A stretch of 64,000 nt of DNA, taken from the NCBI GenBank assembly GCA_046290225.1, contig JBKAGE010000075.1, positions 128,001-192,000 on the forward strand, in the 5' to 3' direction. The DNA is from Bradymonadia bacterium. GTDB lineage: Bacteria; Myxococcota_A; Bradymonadia; UBA7976; UBA1532. Shown piece by piece: positions 36,913-47,299 of this stretch (positions within the stretch are counted from its first letter, which is position 1; every line of letters starts with the position of its first letter). The notes beneath the pieces are model-generated. The model did not search any database and was not told the origin of the DNA. It worked only from the letters and a program-made list of their open reading frames with translations. The translations under genes and the position numbers were made by a program.

Positions 36913-37401
36913 ATGACCACCGGAGAGCAGCACGACGATCCCGCGCCATCGACCGAATCGGATGGCCCCATCGATCTCGAGGGGCAGCACGATCACGGGG
37001 TCGATGACAAAGGCCGGGTGAGCATCCCCGCGGCATTTCGGGGTGCCCTCGCGTTGAGCTCCGGCGACGAGGTGGTGATCACCCGTCACCTCAAAGATCG
37101 ATGCTTGCGCATCTACACGGGCGAGGCCTGGACGCGTTTCAAGGTCCAGGTCGAAGCCGACCGCTCGCCGGTGGGCAACGTGCTGCGCCGAGTGGTGAAG
37201 GGCAGCGCCCGCACTGCACGCCTCGACCGCCTGGGTCGGGTGCTGTTGCCCGGTGCGTTGCGCCAGTACGCCCGCCTCGACGGTCGATGCTTCGTCGTCG
37301 GTCAGGGGCACTGCATGGAGGTCTGGGACGTCGACGTCTGGGCCGAGACCCACGATCCTGATCGGTATGCCGATCTCGATCTGAGTGATTACGACATGTG
37401 A
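36913..37401 (+). CDS. mraZ: Division/cell-wall cluster repressor MraZ
   Basis: Two DxxGR motifs (DDKGRVSIP, DRLGRVLLP); first gene of the cluster. Confidence 0.93.
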   Translation: MTTGEQHDDPAPSTESDGPIDLEGQHDHGVDDKGRVSIPAAFRGALALSSGDEVVITRHLKDRCLRIYTGEAWTRFKVQVEADRSPVGNVLRRVVKGSARTARLDRLGRVLLPGALRQYARLDGRCFVVGQGHCMEVWDVDVWAETHDPDRYADLDLSDYDM

Positions 37402-37432
37402 GCGGGCTTGGAGCCCTCTCGAAGGTGGATCG

Positions 37433-38377
37433 ATGTCAGCGGATCCCCGCCATCGCCCGGTACTGCTCGAGCCCCTCCTCGAGCTGGCCGACGCTCGACC
37501 TGGAGAGCGATGGGTGGATTGTACCCTGGGCCGGGGGGGTCACGCGGAGGGCCTCCTGGAGGCTGGGGTGCACCTGTGGGGCATCGATCAAGATCCCGAA
37601 GCCCGGGCGGAATCCTCTGCCCGCCTGGCGCGCTTCTCAGATCGTCTGCACGTGGTGGCAGGCAACTTCCGTACGGCGCTGCCCGATGTCCTCGCCGAGG
37701 GCCCTGTCGATGGCCTGATCGCAGATCTGGGCGTCTCGTCTCCACAGCTCGATGACGGCCACCGAGGGTTCTCGTTCACCCATAACGGTCCGGTGGACAT
37801 GCGGATGGATCCCACCACGGGAGAGACGGCTCTCGAGCTGATTCGCCGGTTGAGTGAGAAAGAGCTCGCCAGTGTGCTGCGTCGCCTGGGTGAGGAGCCC
37901 TTCGCTGGCCCTGTGGCCCGCCGTATGAAGGCGTGGGCTGAGGGGGAAGGCCCGTACGAGACCCGTGGGCTCGCCACCGCGGTGACCGAGGGCATGCCCA
38001 GGAAAGTCGTGGCCCGGTCTCACAAGCATCCTGCGACCCGGACCTTCCAGGCCCTGCGCATCGCCGTGAACGACGAGCTCGGTGCCCTCGACGATCTGCT
38101 GGCGGCGCTGCCTGATCTGCTCAAGCCCGGCGGTCGAGCATTGATCATCAGCTTTCATTCTCTGGAAGATCGCCGGGTGAAGCGGGCCTTTGCGGCTCTC
38201 ACCGGCCGAAACATCACCTCGCCTCGAGGCCGTCGGGGACTGCCCCCGCCGCCCAGCGACGCCCCTGAGGTGGGTTTCGCTGATCTCACCGCCAAACCGG
38301 TGAAGGCCCGAGGGGCAGAGCTCGAAGGCAACCCCCGAGCCCGGAGCGCTGTGCTCCGTGGTCTACGTCGGCTGTAG
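37433..38377 (+). CDS. rsmH: 16S rRNA m4C1402 methyltransferase
   Basis: HRPV, DCTLGRGGH, DLGVSSPQLD, HPATRTFQALRIAVNDEL and SFHSLEDR motifs. Confidence 0.97.
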   Translation: MSADPRHRPVLLEPLLELADARPGERWVDCTLGRGGHAEGLLEAGVHLWGIDQDPEARAESSARLARFSDRLHVVAGNFRTALPDVLAEGPVDGLIADLGVSSPQLDDGHRGFSFTHNGPVDMRMDPTTGETALELIRRLSEKELASVLRRLGEEPFAGPVARRMKAWAEGEGPYETRGLATAVTEGMPRKVVARSHKHPATRTFQALRIAVNDELGALDDLLAALPDLLKPGGRALIISFHSLEDRRVKRAFAALTGRNITSPRGRRGLPPPPSDAPEVGFADLTAKPVKARGAELEGNPRARSAVLRGLRRL

Positions 38378-38387
38378 GGAGGGCACC

Positions 38388-38678
38388 ATGAAGTTCGCAA
38401 TTCTGGCGCTGCTGACCATGGGGGCCATCACCGGTCTGGTGATCCGCGGGGTGAACGATGCTCAGCAAGATGTGTTCACCAGCTACAAGCTCGCGCCGGT
38501 GACGGCGCAGCTCGAGGATCTGCAAGAGCAGCGCAGCCGCCTGAACATCGATCGCGAGTATGAGTTGGAGCCGGGGCGTCTGGCCCGAGCTGCGGCCGCC
38601 CGAGGCTTGGCGACGCCTCTGCCTCACGAGGTGATCCAGGTGCCCGTGGACCCCTTCGATACGGAGGAGGCGCCATGA
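38388..38678 (+). CDS. ftsL: FtsL-like cell division protein
   Basis: Lies between rsmH and ftsI; TM helix plus leucine-zipper-like coil; GGAGG ribosome-binding site. Confidence 0.65.
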   Translation: MKFAILALLTMGAITGLVIRGVNDAQQDVFTSYKLAPVTAQLEDLQEQRSRLNIDREYELEPGRLARAAAARGLATPLPHEVIQVPVDPFDTEEAP

Positions 38679-40792
38679 GCCGACGGAATCGCAAGATCAC
38701 CCACAAGTCCAGCCGACCGACGAGCCCTCGACACACGCCGCCCAAGGGCATGCGTTCACGGAACGCCCGGCGTCGAGGTGACTCGACCCGGTCTCATGCG
38801 GTGAAAGGGGTGAGGCTCGGTCGTATGTCGACGGTCTTCACCCTGCTCATGGTGGTGTATGCCGTGTTGATGGTGCGGGCCTGGATGCTCCAGGTGCACC
38901 GTCATGAACACTACGTGGACAAGGCCGATCGGCAGCACAAGCGTCTGGTGACCTTGAGGGCCCGGCGCGGACAGATCCGCGATCGCGGCGGGCAAGTGCT
39001 GGCCAACACTGCCAATGGGAAATCCGTGGGTGCCTTCCGGCAGGATCTCGGTGAGCAGGCGGAGGCTTCGGTACAGGCCCTGTCCGAGATCCTTCGACTG
39101 GATCGCCGCTCCATCCATCGCAAGCTCGTAGGCAACAAGAAGGGTTTCGTCTGGCTCAAGCGCCACGTCACGCCGGAGGAGGCCAAGGCGATCGAGGCTG
39201 CCAAATTGCCGGGGGTGGTGGTCGAGGTGGAGCCCCGACGTTTCTACCCGAAGGGCACCCTGGCGGGCCCGCTCCTGGGCTTCACCAACATCGACGGGCT
39301 GGGCAGTGGCGGCCTGGAGAAGACCTTCGATCGTTATCTGCAGGGTCAGGTCTACACCCTCGAAGCACTGAGAGATGCCAAAGGCCGGCGACTGCTCACC
39401 GACGGCTATCTCCCCGCGGAGAAGCTGCGTGGCCTCGACGTCGTGCTCACCATCGACAGCTACATCCAGCAGGTGGCCGAGGAAGCACTCACCACTCATG
39501 TGAAGAAGATGAGGGCCAAGGAGGGCCTAGTGGTGGTCCTCGATCCCGCCACCGGTGACATCCTGGCCATGGCCCAGACCCCAGAGTTCGATCCCAACCT
39601 GTATCGCCGCTCGAAGGCCGCTGATCGACGGATCCGCTCCGTTGTGAACGTGCTCGAGCCGGGATCCACCATCAAGCCCTTGCTCGTGGCGTCGGCCCTG
39701 GACGCACGGGTGGTGCGGCCCAACATGGTCTGGGACGGTATGAAGGGCCGGATGAAGCTCGGCCGCCGTACCATCAGGGATGCCCACGTCGAGGAATCGT
39801 TCACCACATACGAGGTGGTGCAGAAGTCGAGCAACATCGGGGCGGTTCAGATCGCCCAACGCCTCGGCAAGTCGGACTACCACGGCTACCTCAAGGCCTT
39901 TGGCTTTGGCGAGACCACCGGTGTGGAGCTCCCCGGCGAGGCCAGGGGCGTGCTCAACGATTTCCGCCGGTGGGGCACGACTCACCTGGCCACCCACGCC
40001 TATGGCTATGGCCTGAGCGTCACCCCGCTGCAGATGGCCACGGCCATGGCCACCCTGGCCAATGACGGGGTGCGCATGAAGCCCCGCCTCGTTCAGGCTG
40101 TCGTCGACGGCACCGGTGAGGTTGTCCGTGACTTCCCCCCGCGAGAGGTGCGCACAGTCATCAAGCCCAAAGCGGTGAAGCAGATCCGCGAGGCCCTGGT
40201 CATGGTGACCCAGCCGGGCGGTACGGGCACCCCCGCCCGGGTACCGGGCTATGTGGTGGCGGGTAAGACCGGCACCGCCCGCAAGCTGATCAACGGCAAG
40301 TACAGCAAAGATCACACGGTGGCGTCGTTCTCGGGCTTTGCGCCGGCTCAGAGCCCCAAAGTGGTCATCTACGTCATGGTGGACGAGCCCAAAGAGGCCA
40401 AGTCGGGGAGCAAGGCCGCAGCGCCGGTGTTCTCAGCCATCGCCAGCAAGGTGTTGCCCTACCTGGGCGTGCAACCCACGGAGCACTATGCCCACGAGAG
40501 CGCGCGGCAGGTTCAGGAGCCGATCCCCGAGCTGGATGCCCAGGCGACGCCCTGGTGGTTCACCAGCGACAAGATCGCCGGGGGAGCCACCCACGTGCGT
40601 ACCCCCGATCTGCGGGGCATGTCGCTCAAGGAGCTGCTGTCGGCGGTGAAGCCCATCGGGCGTCATGTGGAGATCGAGGGCGCGGGCCTCGTGGTGGAGC
40701 AGAAGCCTCAAGCAGGGGCGCTGCTGGCCCCCGAGCAGACGCTCACCGTGGTGCTGGCCTTGCCGGGCGCGCGCACAGGGGAGGGGATGTAA
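38675..40792 (+). CDS. ftsI: Class B penicillin-binding protein with C-terminal PASTA domain
   Basis: RGQIRDR, RFYP, EPGSTIK (SxxK), KSSNIG (SxN), GKTGT, PDLRGMS. Confidence 0.95.
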   Translation: MSRRNRKITHKSSRPTSPRHTPPKGMRSRNARRRGDSTRSHAVKGVRLGRMSTVFTLLMVVYAVLMVRAWMLQVHRHEHYVDKADRQHKRLVTLRARRGQIRDRGGQVLANTANGKSVGAFRQDLGEQAEASVQALSEILRLDRRSIHRKLVGNKKGFVWLKRHVTPEEAKAIEAAKLPGVVVEVEPRRFYPKGTLAGPLLGFTNIDGLGSGGLEKTFDRYLQGQVYTLEALRDAKGRRLLTDGYLPAEKLRGLDVVLTIDSYIQQVAEEALTTHVKKMRAKEGLVVVLDPATGDILAMAQTPEFDPNLYRRSKAADRRIRSVVNVLEPGSTIKPLLVASALDARVVRPNMVWDGMKGRMKLGRRTIRDAHVEESFTTYEVVQKSSNIGAVQIAQRLGKSDYHGYLKAFGFGETTGVELPGEARGVLNDFRRWGTTHLATHAYGYGLSVTPLQMATAMATLANDGVRMKPRLVQAVVDGTGEVVRDFPPREVRTVIKPKAVKQIREALVMVTQPGGTGTPARVPGYVVAGKTGTARKLINGKYSKDHTVASFSGFAPAQSPKVVIYVMVDEPKEAKSGSKAAAPVFSAIASKVLPYLGVQPTEHYAHESARQVQEPIPELDAQATPWWFTSDKIAGGATHVRTPDLRGMSLKELLSAVKPIGRHVEIEGAGLVVEQKPQAGALLAPEQTLTVVLALPGARTGEGM

Positions 40793-42327
40793 TGGCCACA
40801 CCGATCTCCCTCAAAACGTTGGCAGCTCTGATCCCCGACGCCGTGATCACTGGTCCGCCAGCCATGATCACCGGTGTGACCCACGACAGCCGCAGGGTGC
40901 GCCCTGGAGATCTGTTCGTGGCGCTTCCTGGGGAGAAAGCCCACGGCATCACCTTCGCCGCTCAGGCTTTGCAACAGGGCGCTGCCGCTGTGGCCGTCGG
41001 CCCCGAGATTACGCTGCCGTCGCTCACTGTGCCGGTGATCACCCTCTCGGCGCCGCGCCGGCAGATGGGGCTGCTCGCGGCGGCAGTCCTCGGGCATCCG
41101 AGCCGGCAGATGCACATGGTGGGCATCACGGGAACCAACGGCAAGACTACGGTGACCCGCATCATGGGCGCCATGTGCGAGGTTGCAGGCATCACCGCGG
41201 GCCTCGTGGGCACCGTGGGCCATACCTTGATCACGCCCAACGGTCCCACCGCCCTCACGGCGAACGATCACACCACCCCCGAGTCGCCAGATCTCCAGCA
41301 GATGCTGGCGGAGATGGTCGATGGTGGTGCGGCGCTGTGTGCCATGGAGGTCAGCTCTGTGGGCCTCACGGAGCATCGCCTCGAGGCGGTGGACTTCAAT
41401 GTGGCGGCCTTCTTGAACCTGACCCCAGATCATCTGGACTACCACGGCACCATGGCGGCCTACGGCGACGCCAAGGCGCAGCTGTTCCGGGATCACATGC
41501 GCGTCGGGGGTGTGGCCATCATCAACATGGCTGATCCCTTCGGGAGTCACCTCGCCAGTCAGGTCGAGCGGCAGCACGTGACCTGGCGGTATGGCGAGGG
41601 TCGCCGTGCAGATGTGCGCTACGAGGCCCTCGATCTGCACGCTGACGGCATCTCGGGCAACCTTGAGACCCCCGCAGGCCCACTCCTGGTGGAATCCCCC
41701 CTCATGGGGCAGTTCAACGCCCACAACCTGGCCATCGCTGCCGCCTCGGGCCTGGCCATCGGGCTGCCCGTCGAGGCCATCGAGCAGGGCATGTCTCAGG
41801 CGGTGGTCCCCGGTCGTATGGAGCGGGTACCTCACGATCTGGGCTTCACCGTGCTCGTGGATTACGCCCACAGCCCGGATGCCCTGAGTCGGGTCATCGA
41901 ATCGGTGCGCTCCATCACCGAAGGCTACCTGTGGTGCATCTTCGGCTGTGGTGGGGATCGGGATCCCGGCAAGCGCCCGCTCATGGGTCGCGCCGCCGCC
42001 GACGCCGACGGCGTCGTCGTCACCAGCGACAACCCCCGCAGCGAAGATCCCCGGATCATCGCTGAGGCCGCCGCCATGGGGGCCGAGGATGCAGGGCGTT
42101 CGAGGGCTCCAAGGCCCCAGCCTGGTAAGACCTGGGTACAGCTTGATCGTCGTCAGGCCATCGCCGGTGTGCTTGCTGTGGCCCAGCCCGGAGACACGGT
42201 GATCATCGCGGGGAAGGGCCACGAGGCCTATCAGGAGATCTCCGGGGTGCGTCACCCCTTCGATGATGTGCAGGTGGCTGCCGAGATTCTGGCGAGCCTG
42301 ACCCCCGATGACGGAGGGGGATCATGA
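40792..42327 (+). CDS. murE: UDP-MurNAc-tripeptide synthetase (meso-DAP type)
   Basis: GITGTNGKTT, TTPES, DHLDYH, DYAH, DNPR and GKGHE motifs. Confidence 0.96.
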   Translation: MATPISLKTLAALIPDAVITGPPAMITGVTHDSRRVRPGDLFVALPGEKAHGITFAAQALQQGAAAVAVGPEITLPSLTVPVITLSAPRRQMGLLAAAVLGHPSRQMHMVGITGTNGKTTVTRIMGAMCEVAGITAGLVGTVGHTLITPNGPTALTANDHTTPESPDLQQMLAEMVDGGAALCAMEVSSVGLTEHRLEAVDFNVAAFLNLTPDHLDYHGTMAAYGDAKAQLFRDHMRVGGVAIINMADPFGSHLASQVERQHVTWRYGEGRRADVRYEALDLHADGISGNLETPAGPLLVESPLMGQFNAHNLAIAAASGLAIGLPVEAIEQGMSQAVVPGRMERVPHDLGFTVLVDYAHSPDALSRVIESVRSITEGYLWCIFGCGGDRDPGKRPLMGRAAADADGVVVTSDNPRSEDPRIIAEAAAMGAEDAGRSRAPRPQPGKTWVQLDRRQAIAGVLAVAQPGDTVIIAGKGHEAYQEISGVRHPFDDVQVAAEILASLTPDDGGGS

Positions 42328-43787
42328 GCCTGATCTCCACCGCCGACGTGTGTCGGCTCACTGGGGGGCATCTGCTGCACGGCGAGCATCGCCCATTGGG
42401 CGTGGTCTCCATCGACAGCCGTACGTTGAAGCCCGGCGAGGCGTTCTTGTGTCTGCGAGGGCCTCACTTCGACGGTCACGACTATGCAGAGGCGGCCCAC
42501 GAAAAAGGCGCCGCGGTCATCATCGTCAACCGCAGCGGACTCGGTCGCGTGCCCCCGAGCGTGCGCCAGGGCCACGCGACGATCATCGCCGTGCCCCACA
42601 CTGAGCGGGCACTGAGCCTCATGGCCAGCGCCACCCGGGCGCGGTTCCAGGGCCTGGTGGTGGGCATCACCGGCTCGAGTGGCAAGACCACCACCAAGGA
42701 GATGGTGTCGGCGGTGCTTCGGTCCCGGGATCCCGAAGGGGTGCTGGCCACCTACGGCAACCACAACAACCACCTCGGCGTGCCGCTCACATTGTTGCGC
42801 ATCGAGGCGCACCACGAAGTGGCCGTGGTGGAGATGGGCACCAGCGCCCCTGGGGAGATCGGTAGGCTGGCCCAGCTGGCCCGCCCCGACATCTCGGTCA
42901 TCACCGCCGTGGGGGCGGCCCACCTCGAAGAGCTGGGCTCCATCGCCGGGGTGGCCCGGGAGAAGGGGGCCATCTTCGATCAGGTGCACCCCGAGGGTCT
43001 CGCGGTGCTGGCCTCTGCTGCGCCGTACCCATGGCTCACGACGCGGTACCTGCGGGCAGCCCTGGTCACCGCCGGGCGGCGTCCCGGGGATCACATCCAA
43101 GTGCTGGCCCCTCGATATGGGGTGGCTCGACACGACACCCCCGCAGGCGCTCGATGCGAAATCAGGGTGGACGGCGAAGGCCGCATGCCCCTGAAGCTTC
43201 AGTTGCCGGGCCTGTACAACCTCGATAATGCCGCCCTGGCCATCGCCGTGGGTCGACATCTCGGCGTCAGCGTGCCCCAGGCGGTTCGGGCTCTGGCCAC
43301 GGTGACGGCCCCCAAGCTGAGAGGGGAGATCCGCCCCCTCACCGGCGGAGGCCGAGTGCTGGTGGATTGCTACAACGCCAACCCACAGTCCATGGCTGCA
43401 GCCATCGCCGCCTTCGAGGCCATGACGCGGGGTGGCCCCCGCGTGCTGGTCCTCGGCGACATGCTCGAGCTGGGTCAGGGGGCGGAGCAGGCCCATCGGG
43501 AAGTGGGCGCAGCCGTGGCGGGTCTGCCAGGCGCACCCACGCTGCTCACCGTGGGGCCCCTCGGGGCTGAGATCGCCGCCGGCGCACGCACGGCGGGGAT
43601 GAATTCGGTCCTCTCTGTCGTTGAGGTGGCAGAGGCCGCCGACATCTTGCGGACCAGGGTCCGCCCAGGAGACTCAGTGTTGCTCAAGGGATCCCGCGGC
43701 GTGGCCCTGGAAAAGGTGCTCCCTGCCCTCGAAGAGATCGACTCTGACGCGCGCCCCAGGCACGCACGGGAGACTCAGCGCCCATGA
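42324..43787 (+). CDS. murF: UDP-MurNAc-pentapeptide synthetase
   Basis: TGSSGKTTTKE, NNHLGVPLT, DCYNANP, LGDMLELG and KGSRG motifs. Confidence 0.96.
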   Translation: MSLISTADVCRLTGGHLLHGEHRPLGVVSIDSRTLKPGEAFLCLRGPHFDGHDYAEAAHEKGAAVIIVNRSGLGRVPPSVRQGHATIIAVPHTERALSLMASATRARFQGLVVGITGSSGKTTTKEMVSAVLRSRDPEGVLATYGNHNNHLGVPLTLLRIEAHHEVAVVEMGTSAPGEIGRLAQLARPDISVITAVGAAHLEELGSIAGVAREKGAIFDQVHPEGLAVLASAAPYPWLTTRYLRAALVTAGRRPGDHIQVLAPRYGVARHDTPAGARCEIRVDGEGRMPLKLQLPGLYNLDNAALAIAVGRHLGVSVPQAVRALATVTAPKLRGEIRPLTGGGRVLVDCYNANPQSMAAAIAAFEAMTRGGPRVLVLGDMLELGQGAEQAHREVGAAVAGLPGAPTLLTVGPLGAEIAAGARTAGMNSVLSVVEVAEAADILRTRVRPGDSVLLKGSRGVALEKVLPALEEIDSDARPRHARETQRP

Positions 43788-44935
43788 TGCTCTGGTTGAT
43801 GCTGCAGCTGCAGGAGTATTTCTCCCCGCTGCGGGTCTTCAAATACGTCAGCTTCCGGGTGATCGCCGCCATGCTCACGGCGCTGGCGATCAGCTTCATC
43901 TTGCATCCGTGGTTCATCCGTAGGTTGCAGTCCCGGCAGATCGGCCAGGTGGTCCGCAAAGACGGCCCTGAGAGCCATTTCAGCAAGGCTGGTACGCCCA
44001 CCATGGGCGGCTCGCTGGTGTTGTTCTCCCTGGTGGTGCCCACCCTCATGTGGACCGATTTGTCCAACCTCTACGTGTGGGCCGCGCTCACTGTCACCGT
44101 GGCCTTCGGGGTGGTGGGCTTCGTCGACGACTACCTGAAGCTCAAGGAGAAGAACAGCAAGGGCCTTTCGGGACGTTTGAAGCTGCTGTTCCAGTTCACG
44201 GTCTCCGCTCTGGTGATGTGGGCGCTGTTCCGCGAAGAAGGGGGCTTCGATCGACATCTCTACATCCCCTTTGTGAGCCCCGAGCGGTTCTCGTGGGAGT
44301 TGCCCCTCTGGATGTTCATCCCCTTCGTGATGGTGGTGATCACCGGCACGTCGAATGCGGTGAACCTCACCGACGGGCTCGACGGCCTCGCCATCGGGCC
44401 GGTCATGGTGGCGGCCTTCACCTTCTTGATCCTGGCCTACGCCGCAGGGACCGAGCTGGTGGTGGAAGGCACGGTGCTCACTGGCGATGCTGCGGGTCAA
44501 ACCGGGCTGGTGAAGCTGAACATCGCAGAATATTTGCGCTTGCCGTCGGTGAAGGGGGCCAACGAGCTGGCGGTGTTTGCCGCCGCCATCATCGGGGCCG
44601 GGGTGGGCTTCTTGTGGTTCAACACCTTCCCCGCTCAGGTCTTCATGGGCGACGTGGGCAGCCTTGCTCTCGGTGGGGCCATTGGCATGCTCGCCGTGCT
44701 CACCAAGAACGAGCTGCTCTCGGTGATCATCTGCGGTCTCTTCGTCGTCGAGGCCCTCTCGGTCATCGCCCAGACCACCTCGTACAAGCTCACGGGGAAG
44801 CGGGTGTTCCGCATGGCACCCATCCACCACCATTTCGAGAAGCTCGGGTGGCAGGAGCCCAAAATCGTGGTCCGCTTCTGGATCGTCTCCATCATGCTGG
44901 CCCTCGTGGGGCTGGCGAGCCTGAAGGTGCGCTGA
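43784..44935 (+). CDS. mraY: Phospho-MurNAc-pentapeptide translocase
   Basis: GTPTMGG, NAVNLTDGLDGL, FMGDVGS and MAPIHHHFE motifs. Confidence 0.97.
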   Translation: MMLWLMLQLQEYFSPLRVFKYVSFRVIAAMLTALAISFILHPWFIRRLQSRQIGQVVRKDGPESHFSKAGTPTMGGSLVLFSLVVPTLMWTDLSNLYVWAALTVTVAFGVVGFVDDYLKLKEKNSKGLSGRLKLLFQFTVSALVMWALFREEGGFDRHLYIPFVSPERFSWELPLWMFIPFVMVVITGTSNAVNLTDGLDGLAIGPVMVAAFTFLILAYAAGTELVVEGTVLTGDAAGQTGLVKLNIAEYLRLPSVKGANELAVFAAAIIGAGVGFLWFNTFPAQVFMGDVGSLALGGAIGMLAVLTKNELLSVIICGLFVVEALSVIAQTTSYKLTGKRVFRMAPIHHHFEKLGWQEPKIVVRFWIVSIMLALVGLASLKVR

Positions 44936-44936
44936 C

Positions 44937-46172
44937 GTGGCCGACACCGCCGATACGCTGGCCATGCCCAGCGTGCATGCCGATACGATGATCGCCGAGG
45001 GGGTTCCAGGCGACACCCTCTTTGGCGACGGCCTCACCCCGCAGGTGGCGCCGCCTCAGCATCGGTACGACCGTCTGTTGCTGGTGGGGGTTTTCGCCCT
45101 CATCGGCCTCGGTATGGTGATGGTGTACTCCGCCAGCTCGGTGACAGCCTTCATCAGCTCTGGCGACGGCGCGCGGTATCTCAACAAGCAGCTGATGTTC
45201 CTGGCCCCGGCCCTGTGCATGATGATGTTGGGGGCGTTGCTGCCCCACCATCACCTCAAGCGCCTCGCCCCGTGGATGCTCTGGGGTGGCATCGTCCTGC
45301 TGGCCCTCGTGCTCGTGCCCGGGGTGGGGGTGAGCGTCAAGGGGGCCCGCCGCTGGATCAACCTCGGCGTGGCCCGGTTCCAGCCTTCGGAGCTCATCAA
45401 GGTCGCCTTCGTGATCTATCTCGCGAGCTGGCTCTCGCGAAACCTCGACCGGCTGCACTCGTGGCGTCAGTCGTGGTTGCCCAACCTGGCCATCCTGGTG
45501 CTCATCGGCGGGCTGCTGGCCATGCAGCCCGACATCGGCTCTGGGGTGATCTGCGGCGGCATGCTGATGTTGATGTTGATCGTGGCCGGGGCACGCTGGC
45601 GCCATGTGCTGGCCATGGTGGGCCCCGCGGTGGCCTTCGCCGTCTGGGCGGTGCTCACCTTCCAGCACCTGCAGGATCGCCTGCAGGTGTTCCTCGATCC
45701 CGACAAGTACTACAAGACCACCGGGTACCAGATCAGCCAGGCCCTCACGGCCTTCGGCAGCGGCGGCTGGACCGGCGTGGGCCTCGGGGCGAGCAAGCAG
45801 AAGATGGCGTTCCTGCCCGACGCCCACACCGACTTCGTCTTCTCCATCCTCGGCGAGGAGCTGGGCTGGGTGGGGGCCTTCGGGGTGATCCTGCTCTTCG
45901 CCTTCGTGGTCTGGCGTGGGTGGGTCATCACCCAGCGGGCCACGACGGACTTCAGCCGCCTGCTGGCCTTTGGCCTCACGGCGATGTTGGGCTTTCAAGC
46001 AGCCACCAACATGGCCGTCGTCATGGCCCTCGTGCCCACGAAGGGCCTCACGTTGCCCTTCGTCAGCTACGGCGGCAGCTCGCTGTTGTTGACCTGTTGG
46101 ATGGCGGGGATGTTGCTCAACATCTCCCGGCGACAGCCGCCTCCAGGGGTGGCCGTGGGGCAGGGGGGATGA
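44937..46172 (+). CDS. ftsW: SEDS peptidoglycan polymerase FtsW
   Basis: GARRWI, FQPSE, QPD, GYQ, PDAHTDF and LPFVSYGGSS motifs. Confidence 0.95.
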   Translation: MADTADTLAMPSVHADTMIAEGVPGDTLFGDGLTPQVAPPQHRYDRLLLVGVFALIGLGMVMVYSASSVTAFISSGDGARYLNKQLMFLAPALCMMMLGALLPHHHLKRLAPWMLWGGIVLLALVLVPGVGVSVKGARRWINLGVARFQPSELIKVAFVIYLASWLSRNLDRLHSWRQSWLPNLAILVLIGGLLAMQPDIGSGVICGGMLMLMLIVAGARWRHVLAMVGPAVAFAVWAVLTFQHLQDRLQVFLDPDKYYKTTGYQISQALTAFGSGGWTGVGLGASKQKMAFLPDAHTDFVFSILGEELGWVGAFGVILLFAFVVWRGWVITQRATTDFSRLLAFGLTAMLGFQAATNMAVVMALVPTKGLTLPFVSYGGSSLLLTCWMAGMLLNISRRQPPPGVAVGQGG

Positions 46173-47299
46173 ACGTCATGACCCGCACCCGTACCTTGAC
46201 GCTCGTGGGCGGCGGCACAGGGGGCCACGTGTACCCCGCGGTGGCCATCGCCGAGGCGTGGCTCGCCCGTGGCCCTGGCCACCGTGTCTCCTTCATCGGC
46301 AGCCCTGAAGGCCTCGAAGCGCGGGTGATCCCCGAGCTGGGCTACCCCTTCACCGCCGCGAAGGCGCGTCGGTTGAAGAACGCTGGCCTTGTGGAGCGGT
46401 CGCGCAGTCTGTTGACGATGCCTGGCGCCATCGCCCGTGGCCGACGACTGATCAAGAGCCACGCCCCCGACGTGGTCCTCGGTGTTGGGGGCTACGTCTC
46501 CGGCCCTGTGGTCCTCGCCGCTTCGCTCACGGGCTTGCCCGTGGCCGTGGCTGAGCAGAACGCGGTGCCGGGCCTCACCAACCGCATGCTCAGTCGATTC
46601 GCGAAGCGCATCTACACCGCCTTCCCCGAGGCCGAGTCCCGGCTACCAGCGGACAAGGTGCGGTGTCTGGGTAACCCGGTCCGCCGGGCCATCCTCGACG
46701 CCAGCGAGAGAACGCCGGAGCCGGAAGGTCGCCGGGTTCTGGTCATCGGAGGCAGCCAGGGGGCCCGTGCCCTCAACCGGGATCTGCCCCACGCCCTCGC
46801 CCGAGCCGGCGCTGAATTCCCCGATCTGCAGGTGACGCACCTTGCGGGTCCGGACAGGCGCGCTGAAGCCGCTGAGCAATATGCCGCCGCAGGGTTCGAG
46901 CGGGTGACGGTGCTCGAGTACCTCGACGATATGGCCTCGGCCTTTGCCCAGGCCGATCTGGTCGTGGCCCGAGCAGGCGCCACCACAGTGGCAGAGCTCG
47001 CCGTCATGGGCCGCCCCTCGTTGTTGGTGCCGTTCCCCCATGCCGCCGACGATCATCAGACCGCCAACGCCCAGTCTCTGGTGAGCGCGGGCGGCGCGGT
47101 GATGGTGCCCGAGCACACCTTCGAATCCGGCGCGCTGCTCGAACATCTGATGACCCTCCTGAGCGATCTCGAAGGGCTGCGGCGCATGGCCCGGAGCGCT
47201 CGAGCCCACGGGCGCCCGAAGGCCGCCGTGGACATCGCTGCCGATCTCGACGCCCTGGCCGCGCTGGCCACGGGCCAGCCTGCAAGGAGTGCCTCATGA
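46169..47299 (+). CDS. murG: Lipid II GlcNAc transferase
   Basis: GGGTGGHVYP, GGYVS, EQN, GNPVR, GGSQGA and RAGATT motifs. The true start is ATG 46169 or 46178, not 45215. Confidence 0.96.
   Translation: MNVMTRTRTLTLVGGGTGGHVYPAVAIAEAWLARGPGHRVSFIGSPEGLEARVIPELGYPFTAAKARRLKNAGLVERSRSLLTMPGAIARGRRLIKSHAPDVVLGVGGYVSGPVVLAASLTGLPVAVAEQNAVPGLTNRMLSRFAKRIYTAFPEAESRLPADKVRCLGNPVRRAILDASERTPEPEGRRVLVIGGSQGARALNRDLPHALARAGAEFPDLQVTHLAGPDRRAEAAEQYAAAGFERVTVLEYLDDMASAFAQADLVVARAGATTVAELAVMGRPSLLVPFPHAADDHQTANAQSLVSAGGAVMVPEHTFESGALLEHLMTLLSDLEGLRRMARSARAHGRPKAAVDIAADLDALAALATGQPARSAS

Noticed and set aside
45215..46168. Apparent N-terminal extension or fusion on MurG (similarly MurE from 40555 and the lipase-like gene from 28162)
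   Set aside because: Stop-free alternative frames overlapping neighbouring genes; the real starts lie next to the upstream stop codons or promoter motifs.
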